Source: an uncultured Wocania sp.
GTDB taxonomy: Bacteria > Bacteroidota > Bacteroidia > Flavobacteriales > Flavobacteriaceae
Assembly (NCBI RefSeq): GCF_964021735.1
Contig: NZ_CAXIBN010000001.1
Span: forward strand, 5 to 64,004
DNA length: 64,000 nt
Reading direction: 5' to 3'
The notes beneath the pieces were generated by a model. The model ran no database searches, was not told the DNA's origin, and saw only the letters and a list, made by a program, of their open reading frames with translations. Below are positions 21,623 through 32,253 of this stretch, one piece after another. A program made the position numbers and the translations under genes. Position 1 is the first letter of the stretch. Every line of letters begins with the position of its first letter.

Positions 21623-22635
21623 TGAAGATTAAAGAAAACATATCTTTAAAACCTTACAATACTTTTGGTATTGATGTGCTTGCAAAACATTTTGTATCGG
21701 TTTCTAATCTTGATGAATTAAAAAACATTCTATTACTAAAGGGTTACCCAGACAAACTTATTTTAGGAGGCGGCAGCAATATATTGCTTACCAAAAATCA
21801 AAAAGCCTTAGTTATTCATGTTAATTTAAAGGGTATTACTATAATCTCTGAAGATGAAAACTCAGTAATAGTAAAAGCAAATGCTGGAGAAAACTGGCAC
21901 GAATTCGTGCTTTGGTGTTTAGATCATGATTTTGGTGGTATTGAAAATTTATCATTAATTCCAGGTAATGTTGGTACGGCACCTATTCAAAATATTGGTG
22001 CTTATGGTGTAGAATTAAAAGACTCCTTTATTTCGTGCGAAGGCCTTTCTTTAGAAAGCAATACAATAAAATCATTTTCAAAAGCGAATTGCAATTTTGG
22101 TTACAGAAATTCCATTTTTAAACAACACGAAAAAGGAAAATACATTATTACTAACGTAACTTTTAAACTTTCAAAAAAAACACATAAACTCAATATTAAT
22201 TACGGAAGTATTGCTTCTCAGCTTGAATTAATGCAAATCACAAGTCCAACAATTCAAGAGATTTCAAAAGCAGTTATAGCCATTCGTGAAAGCAAATTAC
22301 CAAACCCAAAAGAGATTGGAAATAGTGGTAGTTTTTTCAAAAACCCAATAATTTCAAAAGCGCATTATGATACTTTACTTGAAAATTTTCCTGAAATACC
22401 AAGTTATACTATTTCTGATAATGAAATAAAAATCCCAGCAGGTTGGTTAATTGAAAAATCAGGTTTTAAAGGTAAACGTTTTGGCGATTATGGTGTACAC
22501 AAAAATCAAGCTTTAGTACTGGTAAACTATGGAAATTCCAAAGGTTCAGATATTTTAAATCTTTCAAAATTAATTCAAAAAACCATTAAAAGACTCTTTG
22601 GTATTTCAATAGAAGCTGAAGTAAATATCTTATAA
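21622..22635 (+). CDS. murB: UDP-N-acetylenolpyruvoylglucosamine reductase
   Basis: FAD-binding 'ILGGGSNIL' and C-terminal 'AGWLIEKSGFKGKRFGDYGVHKNQALVLVN'. GTG start abutting the upstream stop. Confidence 0.9.
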   Translation: MKIKENISLKPYNTFGIDVLAKHFVSVSNLDELKNILLLKGYPDKLILGGGSNILLTKNQKALVIHVNLKGITIISEDENSVIVKANAGENWHEFVLWCLDHDFGGIENLSLIPGNVGTAPIQNIGAYGVELKDSFISCEGLSLESNTIKSFSKANCNFGYRNSIFKQHEKGKYIITNVTFKLSKKTHKLNINYGSIASQLELMQITSPTIQEISKAVIAIRESKLPNPKEIGNSGSFFKNPIISKAHYDTLLENFPEIPSYTISDNEIKIPAGWLIEKSGFKGKRFGDYGVHKNQALVLVNYGNSKGSDILNLSKLIQKTIKRLFGISIEAEVNIL

Positions 22636-22650
22636 TCTAAAAGAAATTTC

Positions 22651-22658
22651 TAACTTTG
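22651..22658 (+). promoter_or_regulatory. -7 box TAACTTTG upstream of the sigma/anti-sigma pair
   Basis: TAnnTTTG 45 nt upstream of the TTG start at 22704. Confidence 0.4.
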
Positions 22659-22703
22659 ATTTTATTACTAACCTATAAACATCTTGTTTAAACCAAACAT
22701 ACC

Positions 22704-23234
22704 TTGATTTCACCTATAGAAAAAGACATAGTTAATTTACTTGAAAATGGCGATAAAAAAGCCATAACCTTATTGTATGAAAACTATGCAGATGCATTAT
22801 ACGGCGTTATTAAAAAGGTAATAGCAGATGACGATACGGCACAAGATGTACTACAAGAAACTTTCGTAAAGATTTGGAGATATTCAAAAAAATATGATGC
22901 TAGCAAAGCAAAATTATTTACTTGGTTATACAGAATAGCTTATAATACATCTATCGACAAAATTCGCTCTTTAAAGAATAAAACAGGAAAAGAAGTCCAA
23001 ATGGAGACTTCTGCCGTATATAAAGTATCATCAGGAGAATTAAATCAAGATGTTTTAGATATAAAAAAACACCTTAGCAGCTTAGATGAGAAATATCAAA
23101 TAGTGATAAATGCACTCTTTTTTGAGGGCATGACACAACAAGAAGCTAGTGACGAATTAGATATTCCGTTGGGAACTATAAAATCGAGATTAAAAATTGG
23201 ATTACGAGAATTGAAAAAAATATACAATCCTTAA
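22704..23234 (+). CDS. ECF-type RNA polymerase sigma factor
   Basis: Region 2 'DVLQETFVKIWRY ... FTWLYRIAYNTSID'. Region 4 'MTQQEASDELDIPLGTIKSRL'. A TTG start is forced because the first in-frame ATG is about residue 100. Confidence 0.85.
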   Translation: MISPIEKDIVNLLENGDKKAITLLYENYADALYGVIKKVIADDDTAQDVLQETFVKIWRYSKKYDASKAKLFTWLYRIAYNTSIDKIRSLKNKTGKEVQMETSAVYKVSSGELNQDVLDIKKHLSSLDEKYQIVINALFFEGMTQQEASDELDIPLGTIKSRLKIGLRELKKIYNP

Positions 23235-23245
23235 TAAATAAAGTC

Positions 23246-24034
23246 ATGAATGAGAAAATAAATACTTTTTTAAGTTCTGGCCTATTGGAAAAATATCTAC
23301 TAGGTGAAACTACTTCTGCTGAAGCAGAAATGGTTGAAACTTATATTTTAAAATACCCAGAAGTACAGAACACATACAACACATTACAATACAACTTAGA
23401 AGTAGTTGCAAAAAGCAATGCTGTTGAAGCTCCTAAAGGCATCTTAAATAATATTTTAGAAGCCCTTGATGAGAAACCTGTTGTTAAATTAAACACCTCA
23501 TACAAATCTAAGAAATGGTATAAATTTAGTGTTGCTGCTAGTATTGCTGCATTAATTTTTGCTGGGACATCTTATTTGTTTTACTCTCAAAATCAAAAAC
23601 TCTCTGAAGAAAACCAAGTAGTTGTAGATGAAATTTTTGATTTACGTAGTGATATTGCACAAAACAATAAAATGCTTGATAATGTGATGAGACAACTTTT
23701 AAAGCTCAATAATCCTGAAACCGAAAAATACATTATTAAAGGAAACGAGCGTGCAAAAGATTTAAAAACTGTAGCTTACATAAACCCTAAAGAAAAAACA
23801 TCTATGATTGATGTAGTTTCTCTACCTCAATTACCAGAAGAGCAATGCTATCAAATTTGGGCTGAGTTGCAAGGTAAAATGGTGAGTTTAGGCATTTTAA
23901 GTGAGTCGGACAGACAGCTCAAATCACTTCCTTATACAGAAGACGCATTAGCTTTAAAAATTACTATTGAGCCTAAAGGTGGAAATAGTATTGCATCTGT
24001 AGAAAATTCTGTAGCACAAATTAGCTTGCAATAA
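23246..24034 (+). CDS. anti-sigma factor (RskA-like C-terminal domain)
   Basis: Central TM 'FSVAASIAALIFAGTSYLF'. C-terminal 'YQIWAELQGKMVSLG ... ITIEPKGG'. Directly follows the sigma gene. Confidence 0.7.
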   Translation: MNEKINTFLSSGLLEKYLLGETTSAEAEMVETYILKYPEVQNTYNTLQYNLEVVAKSNAVEAPKGILNNILEALDEKPVVKLNTSYKSKKWYKFSVAASIAALIFAGTSYLFYSQNQKLSEENQVVVDEIFDLRSDIAQNNKMLDNVMRQLLKLNNPETEKYIIKGNERAKDLKTVAYINPKEKTSMIDVVSLPQLPEEQCYQIWAELQGKMVSLGILSESDRQLKSLPYTEDALALKITIEPKGGNSIASVENSVAQISLQ

Positions 24035-24055
24035 GATTAATAGCGATAGTTAAAA

Positions 24056-24097
24056 ATAAAAAGCCTCATTTTATTAAATAAAATGAGGCTTTTTTTA
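24056..24097. terminator. bidirectional terminator (anti-sigma / aqpZ)
   Basis: Stem aagcctcatttt/aaaatgaggctt flanked by A and T runs. Confidence 0.8.
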
Positions 24098-24120
24098 TGC
24101 TATAAAATTTTTAATTTTCA

Positions 24121-24807
24121 CTACTCTTTATCAAAAAAAGCTTTGTGAATAAAACCTGCAATTATGGCGCCCGCAATTGGAGCTACCCAAAATAACCATA
24201 ATTGACCAGTAAAATCACCGCCAGCAAATAATGCTTGACTTGTTGAGCGCGCAGGATTAACAGACGTATTAGAAATTGGAATACTTATTAAATGTATTAG
24301 CGTTAAAGCTAAACCAATTGCAATACCTGCAAACCCTTTAGGTGCCTTAGGGTACGTACTTCCTAAAATAATTAATAAGAAAAACATGGTTAAAACAAAT
24401 TCAGTAACCAAAACAGAGGCCATATTATAACCTCCTGGAGACAAATCACCATAACCATTGGCAGCAAAACCACCAACATCGGTAAAATCAGACTTACCAG
24501 AAACTATTAAGTATAATACGCCTGCTGCTGCAATAGCACCAATAACTTGAGCAATAATATAACCAAATAAATCTTTTGCAGGAAACTTACCTCCTGCCCA
24601 CAAACCTAAAGACACCGCAGGATTAAAATGTGCTCCAGATACATGTCCAACAGCATAAGCCATAGTTAAAACTGTAAGTCCAAACGCTAAAGAAACGCCT
24701 ACAAAACCTATTCCTAAATCTGGATAACCAGCAGCAAAAATAGCACTACCACAGCCTCCAAAAACAAGCCAAAATGTTCCAAAAAATTCTGCAAATAATT
24801 TTTTCAT
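24121..24807 (-). CDS. aqpZ: aquaporin Z
   Basis: Two NPA boxes ('HFNPAVS', 'SVNPARS'). Six-TM MIP fold. Confidence 0.95.
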   Translation of the reverse strand: MKKLFAEFFGTFWLVFGGCGSAIFAAGYPDLGIGFVGVSLAFGLTVLTMAYAVGHVSGAHFNPAVSLGLWAGGKFPAKDLFGYIIAQVIGAIAAAGVLYLIVSGKSDFTDVGGFAANGYGDLSPGGYNMASVLVTEFVLTMFFLLIILGSTYPKAPKGFAGIAIGLALTLIHLISIPISNTSVNPARSTSQALFAGGDFTGQLWLFWVAPIAGAIIAGFIHKAFFDKE

Positions 24808-24923
24808 AATTAAATAATTTTAATGGTTAGATGATTAAATATAATAATTAAACATTAGACACGAAAAAGCAACAATGTCACATTAAACACATTAAACGCT
24901 TTAAAAATTAGTGTTAAAAGCTT

Positions 24924-24931
24924 TATCTTTG
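24924..24931 (+). promoter_or_regulatory. -7 box TATCTTTG for the 24952-28030 operon
   Basis: TAnnTTTG 20 nt upstream of the ATG at 24952. Confidence 0.45.
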
Positions 24932-24951
24932 CACAAAATAATTTTATCTAA

Positions 24952-25155
24952 ATGAAACTCCTTTTAATTACCATTGCTTTACTAGGTATAGCAATTGCTG
25001 GGATTGCCATAAAAATTTGGGCAAAAAAAGATGGCAAATTTGCTGGCACTTGTGCAAGTCAAAACCCTGTGTTAAATAAAAATGGAGAAGCTTGTGGTTT
25101 TTGTGGAAAAACGCCTGATCAATTTAGTGACTGTAATGAACCTCAACACTCTTAA
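24952..25155 (+). CDS. small membrane-anchored Cys-rich protein
   Basis: 67 aa with one N-terminal TM helix followed by 'GTCASQNP ... EACGFCGKTP ... DCNE'. Function unknown. Confidence 0.5.
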   Translation: MKLLLITIALLGIAIAGIAIKIWAKKDGKFAGTCASQNPVLNKNGEACGFCGKTPDQFSDCNEPQHS

Positions 25156-25161
25156 TTGTTT

Positions 25162-26274
25162 ATGGGTTTTCTTGATTATTTATTCTACACATTTATTGTT
25201 GTAGTTTTATTTCAAGTTATTTATTATTTATTTATTTTAGGACAATTTGCTTTTCTAAAACAAAAGAAGAGTGCTCTACAAAGCCTTCCTGTTTCAGTTA
25301 TTATTTGCGCCAAAAATGAAGCTGAAAATTTAAAAATATTTTTACCTTCAATTATATCTCAAGAGTATTCAACTTTTGAGATTGTATTAATCAATGATGC
25401 TTCACACGATGAAACACTTCAAGTTATGGAAACGTTTTCATTACAACATTCTAACATAAAAATAGTTGATGTAAAAAACAACGAAGCCTTTTGGGGTAAT
25501 AAAAAATATGCCTTAACACTAGGTATAAAAGCGGCTAAACATAATCATTTATTATTTACAGATGCTGACTGTAAACCAGTTTCAAAACATTGGATTACTG
25601 AAATGTGTTCTCATTTTAACACAAAAAAGACAATTGTTCTAGGTTATGGTGCGTATTTAAAAATTAAAAATTCATTTTTAAATAAACTTATTCGGTTTGA
25701 AACCTTAATTACTGCTATTCAATATTTTTCGTTTGCGAAAATTGGTATTCCTTATATGGGTGTTGGTAGAAATTTAGCTTATACTAAAACCGAATTTTTT
25801 AATACAAATGGCTTTATGAGTCATATGAAAGTTCGATCTGGTGATGATGATTTATTTATAAACCAAGCTTCGAACACAACCAATACTTCAATTTGTTTTT
25901 CAAAACATAGTTTTACAAAATCTAATCCAGAAACAACATTTAACAACTGGTTTAAACAGAAAAGGCGACATGTTTCTACAGCCAAATATTATAAACTAAA
26001 CCATAAAATTTTATTGGTTTTAATCTATCTTTTAAACTTACTGTTCTGGGTTTTAGCTTCAATATTATTGGTGTTTCATTTTAATTGGCAAATAGTAATT
26101 TCTTTACTTTTATTACGAATCATTGTGCAATATTTTACTATTGGGTTTTCAACAAAAAAATTAAATGAAGAAGACCTTTTGATTTTGATTCCTTTCTTAG
26201 AAATCTTTTTAATTATTATACAATTAACTATCTTTATAAACAATCTTATTTCAAAACCTAACCATTGGAAATAG
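25162..26274 (+). CDS. family 2 glycosyltransferase, membrane-bound
   Basis: 'VSVIICAKNEAENL ... EIVLINDASHDET ... FTDADC'. N- and C-terminal TM segments. ATG at 25162 preferred over TTG at 25156. Confidence 0.8.
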   Translation: MGFLDYLFYTFIVVVLFQVIYYLFILGQFAFLKQKKSALQSLPVSVIICAKNEAENLKIFLPSIISQEYSTFEIVLINDASHDETLQVMETFSLQHSNIKIVDVKNNEAFWGNKKYALTLGIKAAKHNHLLFTDADCKPVSKHWITEMCSHFNTKKTIVLGYGAYLKIKNSFLNKLIRFETLITAIQYFSFAKIGIPYMGVGRNLAYTKTEFFNTNGFMSHMKVRSGDDDLFINQASNTTNTSICFSKHSFTKSNPETTFNNWFKQKRRHVSTAKYYKLNHKILLVLIYLLNLLFWVLASILLVFHFNWQIVISLLLLRIIVQYFTIGFSTKKLNEEDLLILIPFLEIFLIIIQLTIFINNLISKPNHWK

Positions 26275-26810
26275 AGGAAGCAATAAAACGCGCTAAAAAA
26301 AATGATCAAAAAGCATTCAACTATTTATTGGATATGTTTTGGGATAACGTTTATGGATTTCAATTAAAACGTACTGAAAATGAGAATGATGCTGAAGATA
26401 TAACCATTCAAACATTCTCAAAAGCTTTTGATAAAATTAAAACGTTTGATGATAATTACAAGTTTAAAACCTGGTTAATTACCATTTCAAAAAATATTCA
26501 TATTGATTTACTGCGGAAGGAAAAAAACTCAATCACTCAAGTTATTTCAAAAAATAACAGAGACGCATTTAAAGTTTTAGACGAATCACCTTCACCTGAA
26601 GATAAGTTAATTACCGAGCAACATTTAGCCAAATTACTTCTAGATATCAAAAAACTAAAACCTCATTATCAAGAAGTTATAAATTTAAGGTATTTTCAAG
26701 AGTTAAGCTATAAAGAAATTTCAGCAGAACTTAAAGAACCAATAAATAATGTTAAAGTTAAGCTTCTTCGCGCTAAAAAGTTATTGGCAGAAATTATTAA
26801 TAAAAAGTAA
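26265..26810 (+). CDS. ECF-type RNA polymerase sigma factor (no adjacent anti-sigma)
   Basis: Region 2 'AEDITIQTFSKAF ... FKTWLITISKNIHIDLLR'. Region 4 'LSYKEISAELKEPINNVKVKL'. The TTG start overlaps the GT2 gene by 10 nt. Confidence 0.8.
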   Translation: MEIEEAIKRAKKNDQKAFNYLLDMFWDNVYGFQLKRTENENDAEDITIQTFSKAFDKIKTFDDNYKFKTWLITISKNIHIDLLRKEKNSITQVISKNNRDAFKVLDESPSPEDKLITEQHLAKLLLDIKKLKPHYQEVINLRYFQELSYKEISAELKEPINNVKVKLLRAKKLLAEIINKK

Positions 26811-28030
26811 TGATTAGCAAACTCAAAAACCTTGGTCCTGGTTTGCTATTTGCTGGTGCAGCTATAGGTGTTTCACATTTAGTACAATCTACTCGTGCTG
26901 GTGCCGATTTTGGCTTGGGTTTATTATGGGCATTGCTATTAATAAACTTATTTAAATATCCCTTTTTTCAATTTGGACCAAGATATGCATCTGCTACTGG
27001 AGAAAGCCTTTTGGATGGTTACAAAAAATTAGGAAAAGGCGTTTTAGTTACTTACTATATTATAACTTTTGCAACAATGTTTACAATTCAAACGGCAGTA
27101 ACTATAGTAACCGCAGGTTTAGCTTCATCACTATTTGGAAATTTTTTTAGTATAGAAATATGGACTGTTATTATTATAATTATTTGTTTAACCCTGCTTA
27201 TTGCTGGGAAATATAAATTATTAGATAACCTTATGAAGGTTATAATTATAATATTAACTATTACTACAATTTTAGCAGTAAGTTTAGCATTAATTAATAA
27301 TACAGAACCTATTAATTTTAATCAAGTACTTCCAAAAAACAGTATTGAAATTGCATTTTTAATAGCCTTTATGGGCTGGATGCCTGCTCCATTAGATATT
27401 TCTGTAATTAACTCACTTTGGGTTGTAGAAAAGAAAAAAAATATTAAAAAGTTTGGGACGAAATCCGCTATATTTGATTTTAATGTTGGTTATATTAGTA
27501 CCATTATTTTAGGAATAGGTTTTTTACTATTAGGTGCATTAGTTATGTTTAACAGTGGAGAATCATTTAGTAATTCAGCAAGTAAATTTTCTAGTCAGCT
27601 AATAAATATGTACAAAACCAGTTTAGGTAATTGGAGTTGGGCATATATTATTATTGGTATTGCAGCTTTTACAACTATGTTTAGTACAACTTTAACAACG
27701 CTAGATGCTACACCTAGAGCCATGGCAAAAACAACAAAACTACTTTTTGAAAAACATACAAATTTTGGTTATCTATTCTGGATAGTATTACTTTCATTAG
27801 GAACTATTGGCATTTTTATTTTTTTAGCTTCAGAAATGGGTTTACTTATTAAAATTGCTACTATACTATCATTCTTAACAGCACCATTTTTTGCCATAGT
27901 AAATTATATACTTATTTCTAGTAAACATACACCTAAAGAATGGCATCCATCAAAGAAATTACATGCTTTAAGCTCGCTTGGAATTGCTTTTTTAATAGGT
28001 TTTAGTGTATGGTTTCTAACTACTTTATAA
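26810..28030 (+). CDS. NRAMP-family divalent metal transporter
   Basis: 'GPGLLFAGAAIGVSHLVQSTRAGADFG', about 11 TM segments. The ATG overlaps the sigma stop (TAATG). Confidence 0.8.
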   Translation: MISKLKNLGPGLLFAGAAIGVSHLVQSTRAGADFGLGLLWALLLINLFKYPFFQFGPRYASATGESLLDGYKKLGKGVLVTYYIITFATMFTIQTAVTIVTAGLASSLFGNFFSIEIWTVIIIIICLTLLIAGKYKLLDNLMKVIIIILTITTILAVSLALINNTEPINFNQVLPKNSIEIAFLIAFMGWMPAPLDISVINSLWVVEKKKNIKKFGTKSAIFDFNVGYISTIILGIGFLLLGALVMFNSGESFSNSASKFSSQLINMYKTSLGNWSWAYIIIGIAAFTTMFSTTLTTLDATPRAMAKTTKLLFEKHTNFGYLFWIVLLSLGTIGIFIFLASEMGLLIKIATILSFLTAPFFAIVNYILISSKHTPKEWHPSKKLHALSSLGIAFLIGFSVWFLTTL

Positions 28031-28053
28031 CATACTTTTAATAGAATACTTTG

Positions 28054-28061
28054 TATCTTTG
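28054..28061 (+). promoter_or_regulatory. -7 box TATCTTTG for lipA
   Basis: TAnnTTTG 24 nt upstream of the ATG at 28086. Confidence 0.45.
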
Positions 28062-28085
28062 TGCTTTTGAAATTACGATATTTAG

Positions 28086-28964
28086 ATGAACACAGATACA
28101 GCTTCAAATATATTACCAGAAAGACAAGCAAAACCTAAATGGCTTCGTGTTAAACTTCCAACAGGAAAAAAATATACCGAATTAAGGGGTTTAGTAGATA
28201 AATATAAATTAAATACTATTTGCACCTCTGGAAGCTGCCCAAACATGGGGGAATGCTGGGGAGAAGGCACTGCAACTTTTATGATTTTAGGTAATATTTG
28301 TACACGATCTTGCGGGTTTTGTGGTGTAAAAACAGGACGACCAGAAACGGTAGATTGGGACGAACCCGAAAAAGTAGCACGCTCTATTAAATTAATGAAA
28401 ATTAAACATGCCGTTTTAACTAGTGTTGATAGAGACGACTTAAAAGATATGGGAAGTATTATGTGGGCAGAAACTGTAAAAGCAGTTCGCAGAATGAATC
28501 CTAAAACAACTTTAGAAACTTTAATTCCAGATTTTCAAGGCATTGAACAACATATCGATAGAATTATTGATGTCGCACCAGAAGTAGTGTCTCATAATAT
28601 TGAAACTGTTAAACGTCTAACACGCGAAGTACGTATACAAGCAAAATATGATAGAAGCTTAGGCGTTTTAAAATATTTAAAACAACAAGGGCAACGCAGA
28701 ACAAAATCTGGCATTATGCTTGGTTTGGGTGAAACTAGAGAAGAAGTGATAGAAACACTTCAAGATTTAAAAGCCAACGATGTAGATGTGGTAACTATTG
28801 GACAATACCTGCAACCGAGTAAAAAGCATTTACCTGTAAAACAATTTATAAATCCAGATCAGTTTAAAGAATTTGAAGATATTGGTTTAGAGTTAGGTTT
28901 TCGTTATGTAGAAAGTAGTGCTTTGGTACGCTCGTCATATAAAGCTCAAAAACACATTAATTAA
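28086..28964 (+). CDS. lipA: lipoyl synthase
   Basis: Radical-SAM 'CTRSCGFC' plus the N-terminal '[12 protein letters not shown]' cluster. Confidence 0.95.
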   Translation: MNTDTASNILPERQAKPKWLRVKLPTGKKYTELRGLVDKYKLNTICTSGSCPNMGECWGEGTATFMILGNICTRSCGFCGVKTGRPETVDWDEPEKVARSIKLMKIKHAVLTSVDRDDLKDMGSIMWAETVKAVRRMNPKTTLETLIPDFQGIEQHIDRIIDVAPEVVSHNIETVKRLTREVRIQAKYDRSLGVLKYLKQQGQRRTKSGIMLGLGETREEVIETLQDLKANDVDVVTIGQYLQPSKKHLPVKQFINPDQFKEFEDIGLELGFRYVESSALVRSSYKAQKHIN

Positions 28965-28970
28965 TTATTT

Positions 28971-29987
28971 ATGATTAAAGTTGCCATTAATGGTTTTGGG
29001 AGAATTGGCAGGCGTGTTTTTAGATTACTACAAGACTATAAAAATATACAAGTTGTTGTTGTAAACGATTTAGCAGACACAAAAACTTTAAGCCATTTAC
29101 TTAAATACGATAGTGTTCACGGATTGTTTAACGGTACTATTTCTCATGATGAGAAGCATATTATTGTAAATAATAAAAAAATTCCGCTTTTAAATTCTAA
29201 CCATCCAAAACAAATAGATTGGACGCCTTTTAACATTGATTTTGTAATTGAAGCTTCGGGAAAATTTAAAACCGTACTCGATTTACAACATCATATAGAT
29301 AATGGCGCAAAACGTGTTATTTTAAGCGTACCACCTATAGAAGATGATATTAAAACTATTGTACTTGGTGTAAATGATACTATTATTGATGGTACAGAGA
29401 CCATTATTTCAAACGCCTCGTGCACAACCAACAATGCAGCACCAATGATTGATGTAATCAATAAACTTTGTGGTATTAATCAAGCTTACATAACAACAGT
29501 ACACTCATACACAACAGATCAAAGTTTACACGATCAACCACATCGCGATTTACGTCGGTCAAGAGCAGCCAGTCAATCTATTGTACCAACAACAACTGGT
29601 GCAGCTAAAGCATTAACAAAAATTTTTCCCAATCTTGCTAATGTCATTGGAGGTTGCGGTATTAGAGTCCCTGTCATAAATGGCTCGCTAACAGACATTA
29701 CTTTTAATGTAAAAAAAGAAGTTACTATTGAAAGCATAAATAATGCCTTCAAAGAAGCATCAAAAAATCAATATAGAGACATTATAGAATATACGGAAGA
29801 CCCAATAGTTTCAATAGATATTGTTGGAAACGCACATTCTTGTATATTTGATTCTCAAATGACATCTGTTATTGGAAATATGGTAAAAATAATAGGTTGG
29901 TACGATAATGAAACAGGGTATTCTAAAAGAATAATCGACTTAATGTGTAATTTGTCGGAAAAAAATGTGCTTTTATCGATAAAATAA
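28971..29987 (+). CDS. gap: type I glyceraldehyde-3-phosphate dehydrogenase
   Basis: 'INGFGRIGR', catalytic 'SNASCTTN', 'WYDNE'. Confidence 0.95.
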   Translation: MIKVAINGFGRIGRRVFRLLQDYKNIQVVVVNDLADTKTLSHLLKYDSVHGLFNGTISHDEKHIIVNNKKIPLLNSNHPKQIDWTPFNIDFVIEASGKFKTVLDLQHHIDNGAKRVILSVPPIEDDIKTIVLGVNDTIIDGTETIISNASCTTNNAAPMIDVINKLCGINQAYITTVHSYTTDQSLHDQPHRDLRRSRAASQSIVPTTTGAAKALTKIFPNLANVIGGCGIRVPVINGSLTDITFNVKKEVTIESINNAFKEASKNQYRDIIEYTEDPIVSIDIVGNAHSCIFDSQMTSVIGNMVKIIGWYDNETGYSKRIIDLMCNLSEKNVLLSIK

Positions 29988-30015
29988 TTATATTTGTCGA
30001 GAATATTAAATATAA

Positions 30016-32253
30016 ATGCCCCAGATAAAAAATTACATATATGCTTTTTTAATGTTGATAAGCTTCAGCTTGTACTCTCAAAACACTATTGAAAACGATC
30101 CTGAAATTATTCAAAACAACATAGACTATCGTATTACACAAGCTAAATACGATATAGAAAAATACGACTATTACGAAGCCCAAAAAAAACTTGACGAGGC
30201 TTTAGAAATTGCAATAAATGCTAACAACAAAAAAAGCGAAGGCATTATTTATACAATAAAAGGAGAACTACAACTTATTATAGAAGAAGAAGATAATGCT
30301 ATAAAATCTATAAATAAAGCCATAGAAGTACAAAATATAATAAACGATAATATAAATATTGGTAAATCTCGTAAAGTTTTTGGCGATATTTATTTAAGTA
30401 AAAACAACTATTATCAAGCATTAGATCAATATACCGCTGCAAAATCTAAATTTCAAGAAGAAGAACTAAACGAAAATTTAGGTGAAGTTTTACTTGCCGA
30501 AGCAAAAACTTATATGCGTTTAAAAAACTTTAGAAAAGCTAGAGTACTTAATGAGCAAGCAGTTGCATTAGCAAAAAGGAATAACTATTTAAAAATTCAA
30601 AGTAACGGATTAGTAAATCACGGCAAAATATATAGTGTTTTAGGTGATAATGAAAAGGCTTTAGAGTTTGCTAGTGAAGGTATACAAATTGCAAAAGAAA
30701 ATAAATATGCCAATATTTTAAATGATGGCTATTTAATTTTAAGTGAGATAAATCAAAACATTGGAGATTATAAACTATCAAATAATTATTTAAAAGCACA
30801 TATAAAACTATCAGATTCTCTTAGAGCTGTTAAACGAGCAAATTTATCACCAGATAAAAAGGTTCAGTATTTAATTGCAGATAAAACTGAGGAAAATAAA
30901 AGACAAGCCGAAGAATTAGAAGAAGCTAATAACAAAAACGATTTAAGTACATTAATATCAATATTAAGTGTCGCCTTAATTACTATATTATCCCTATTAA
31001 CCTTATCGCTTTACAAAAACAATAACATAAGGTTAAAAACAAACAATATGTTGCATAAAAAAAATGCAGAATTAATAATTGCCAAAGAAAAAGCAGAATT
31101 AGCCTCAAAAACCAAAGCCAACTTCTTATCAACAGTAACACACGAATTACGTACACCTTTATATGCTGTAACAGGTTTAAGCAATATGCTACTAGATGAA
31201 AACCCTAAGCCAGAACAAATTCAGCATTTAAAATCACTTAAATTTTCAGGAGATTATTTACTTACATTTATTAATGATATTCTTCAAATAAATAAAATTG
31301 AAGCGAATAAAGTAGATATCGAGCCAGAATCTTTCAACTTAAAAAAGAAAATAAACAATATTGTTTTAGCATTAAATAACTCAGCCTCAGATAACAATAT
31401 TAAAATTCATTTTGAGTACGATGCAGATTTACCTGAAAACTTTATAGCAGATCAGTTAAAAATTTCTCAAATACTAATAAACCTAATTGGTAACTCTATT
31501 AAATTTACAAAAGATGGAGATATTTGGATTAGAGTTTATAAAATTGACCAAAGTAATAATACTTATACTTTACGTTTTGAAGTAGAAGACAATGGTATTG
31601 GTATTAGCCAAGAAAAGCAAGACAATATGTTTGAAAGTTTCTCTCAAGGCTCTATCCAAATTAATAGAAAATATGGGGGTACTGGTTTAGGCCTTTCGAT
31701 TGTTAAAGGTTTAATTGAAATTTTAAAAGGGGATATTTATTTAAAAAGTGAATTAGGACAAGGCACAACTTTTTATTTTGAAATTCCTTTAGAATACACA
31801 TCTGTAGAAGAAATTAAAGAAAAAGCACCAACTTATTTTAGCGGTGACACTAGTGAATTAGACTTAGCTAATGTTAAAATTTTAGTAGTTGAGGATAATA
31901 AAATAAATCAAATGATAACTAAAAAGATTCTTACTAAAATGAATCTTAAATGCGATATTATTGATAATGGTGAGGCTGCTGTAGAAATGATTAAAACCAA
32001 TGCGTATAACATTATTTTGATGGATATACACATGCCTGGTATAAGCGGAATTGAAGCTACCAAAATTGTTAGAAGTTTTGATAAAGAACTAACTATTTTT
32101 GCATTAACCGCTGTAACTATTGAAGATAAAATGCATGAGTTTGAAGAAGCTGGTTTTACAGACATTATACCTAAACCATTCAAGCAAGAAGAGTTTGAGA
32201 AAAAACTCTATAATGCATTAGCTTCAAAAAAGAACTCTTCAACTAGTGCTTAA
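30016..32253 (+). CDS. TPR-containing hybrid sensor histidine kinase / response regulator
   Basis: Signal peptide, TPR-like repeats and one TM. HisKA 'THELRTPL'. HATPase 'DNGIGI', 'GGTGLGLSI'. REC 'ILVVEDN ... DIHMPGISG'. Confidence 0.9.
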   Translation: MPQIKNYIYAFLMLISFSLYSQNTIENDPEIIQNNIDYRITQAKYDIEKYDYYEAQKKLDEALEIAINANNKKSEGIIYTIKGELQLIIEEEDNAIKSINKAIEVQNIINDNINIGKSRKVFGDIYLSKNNYYQALDQYTAAKSKFQEEELNENLGEVLLAEAKTYMRLKNFRKARVLNEQAVALAKRNNYLKIQSNGLVNHGKIYSVLGDNEKALEFASEGIQIAKENKYANILNDGYLILSEINQNIGDYKLSNNYLKAHIKLSDSLRAVKRANLSPDKKVQYLIADKTEENKRQAEELEEANNKNDLSTLISILSVALITILSLLTLSLYKNNNIRLKTNNMLHKKNAELIIAKEKAELASKTKANFLSTVTHELRTPLYAVTGLSNMLLDENPKPEQIQHLKSLKFSGDYLLTFINDILQINKIEANKVDIEPESFNLKKKINNIVLALNNSASDNNIKIHFEYDADLPENFIADQLKISQILINLIGNSIKFTKDGDIWIRVYKIDQSNNTYTLRFEVEDNGIGISQEKQDNMFESFSQGSIQINRKYGGTGLGLSIVKGLIEILKGDIYLKSELGQGTTFYFEIPLEYTSVEEIKEKAPTYFSGDTSELDLANVKILVVEDNKINQMITKKILTKMNLKCDIIDNGEAAVEMIKTNAYNIILMDIHMPGISGIEATKIVRSFDKELTIFALTAVTIEDKMHEFEEAGFTDIIPKPFKQEEFEKKLYNALASKKNSSTSA

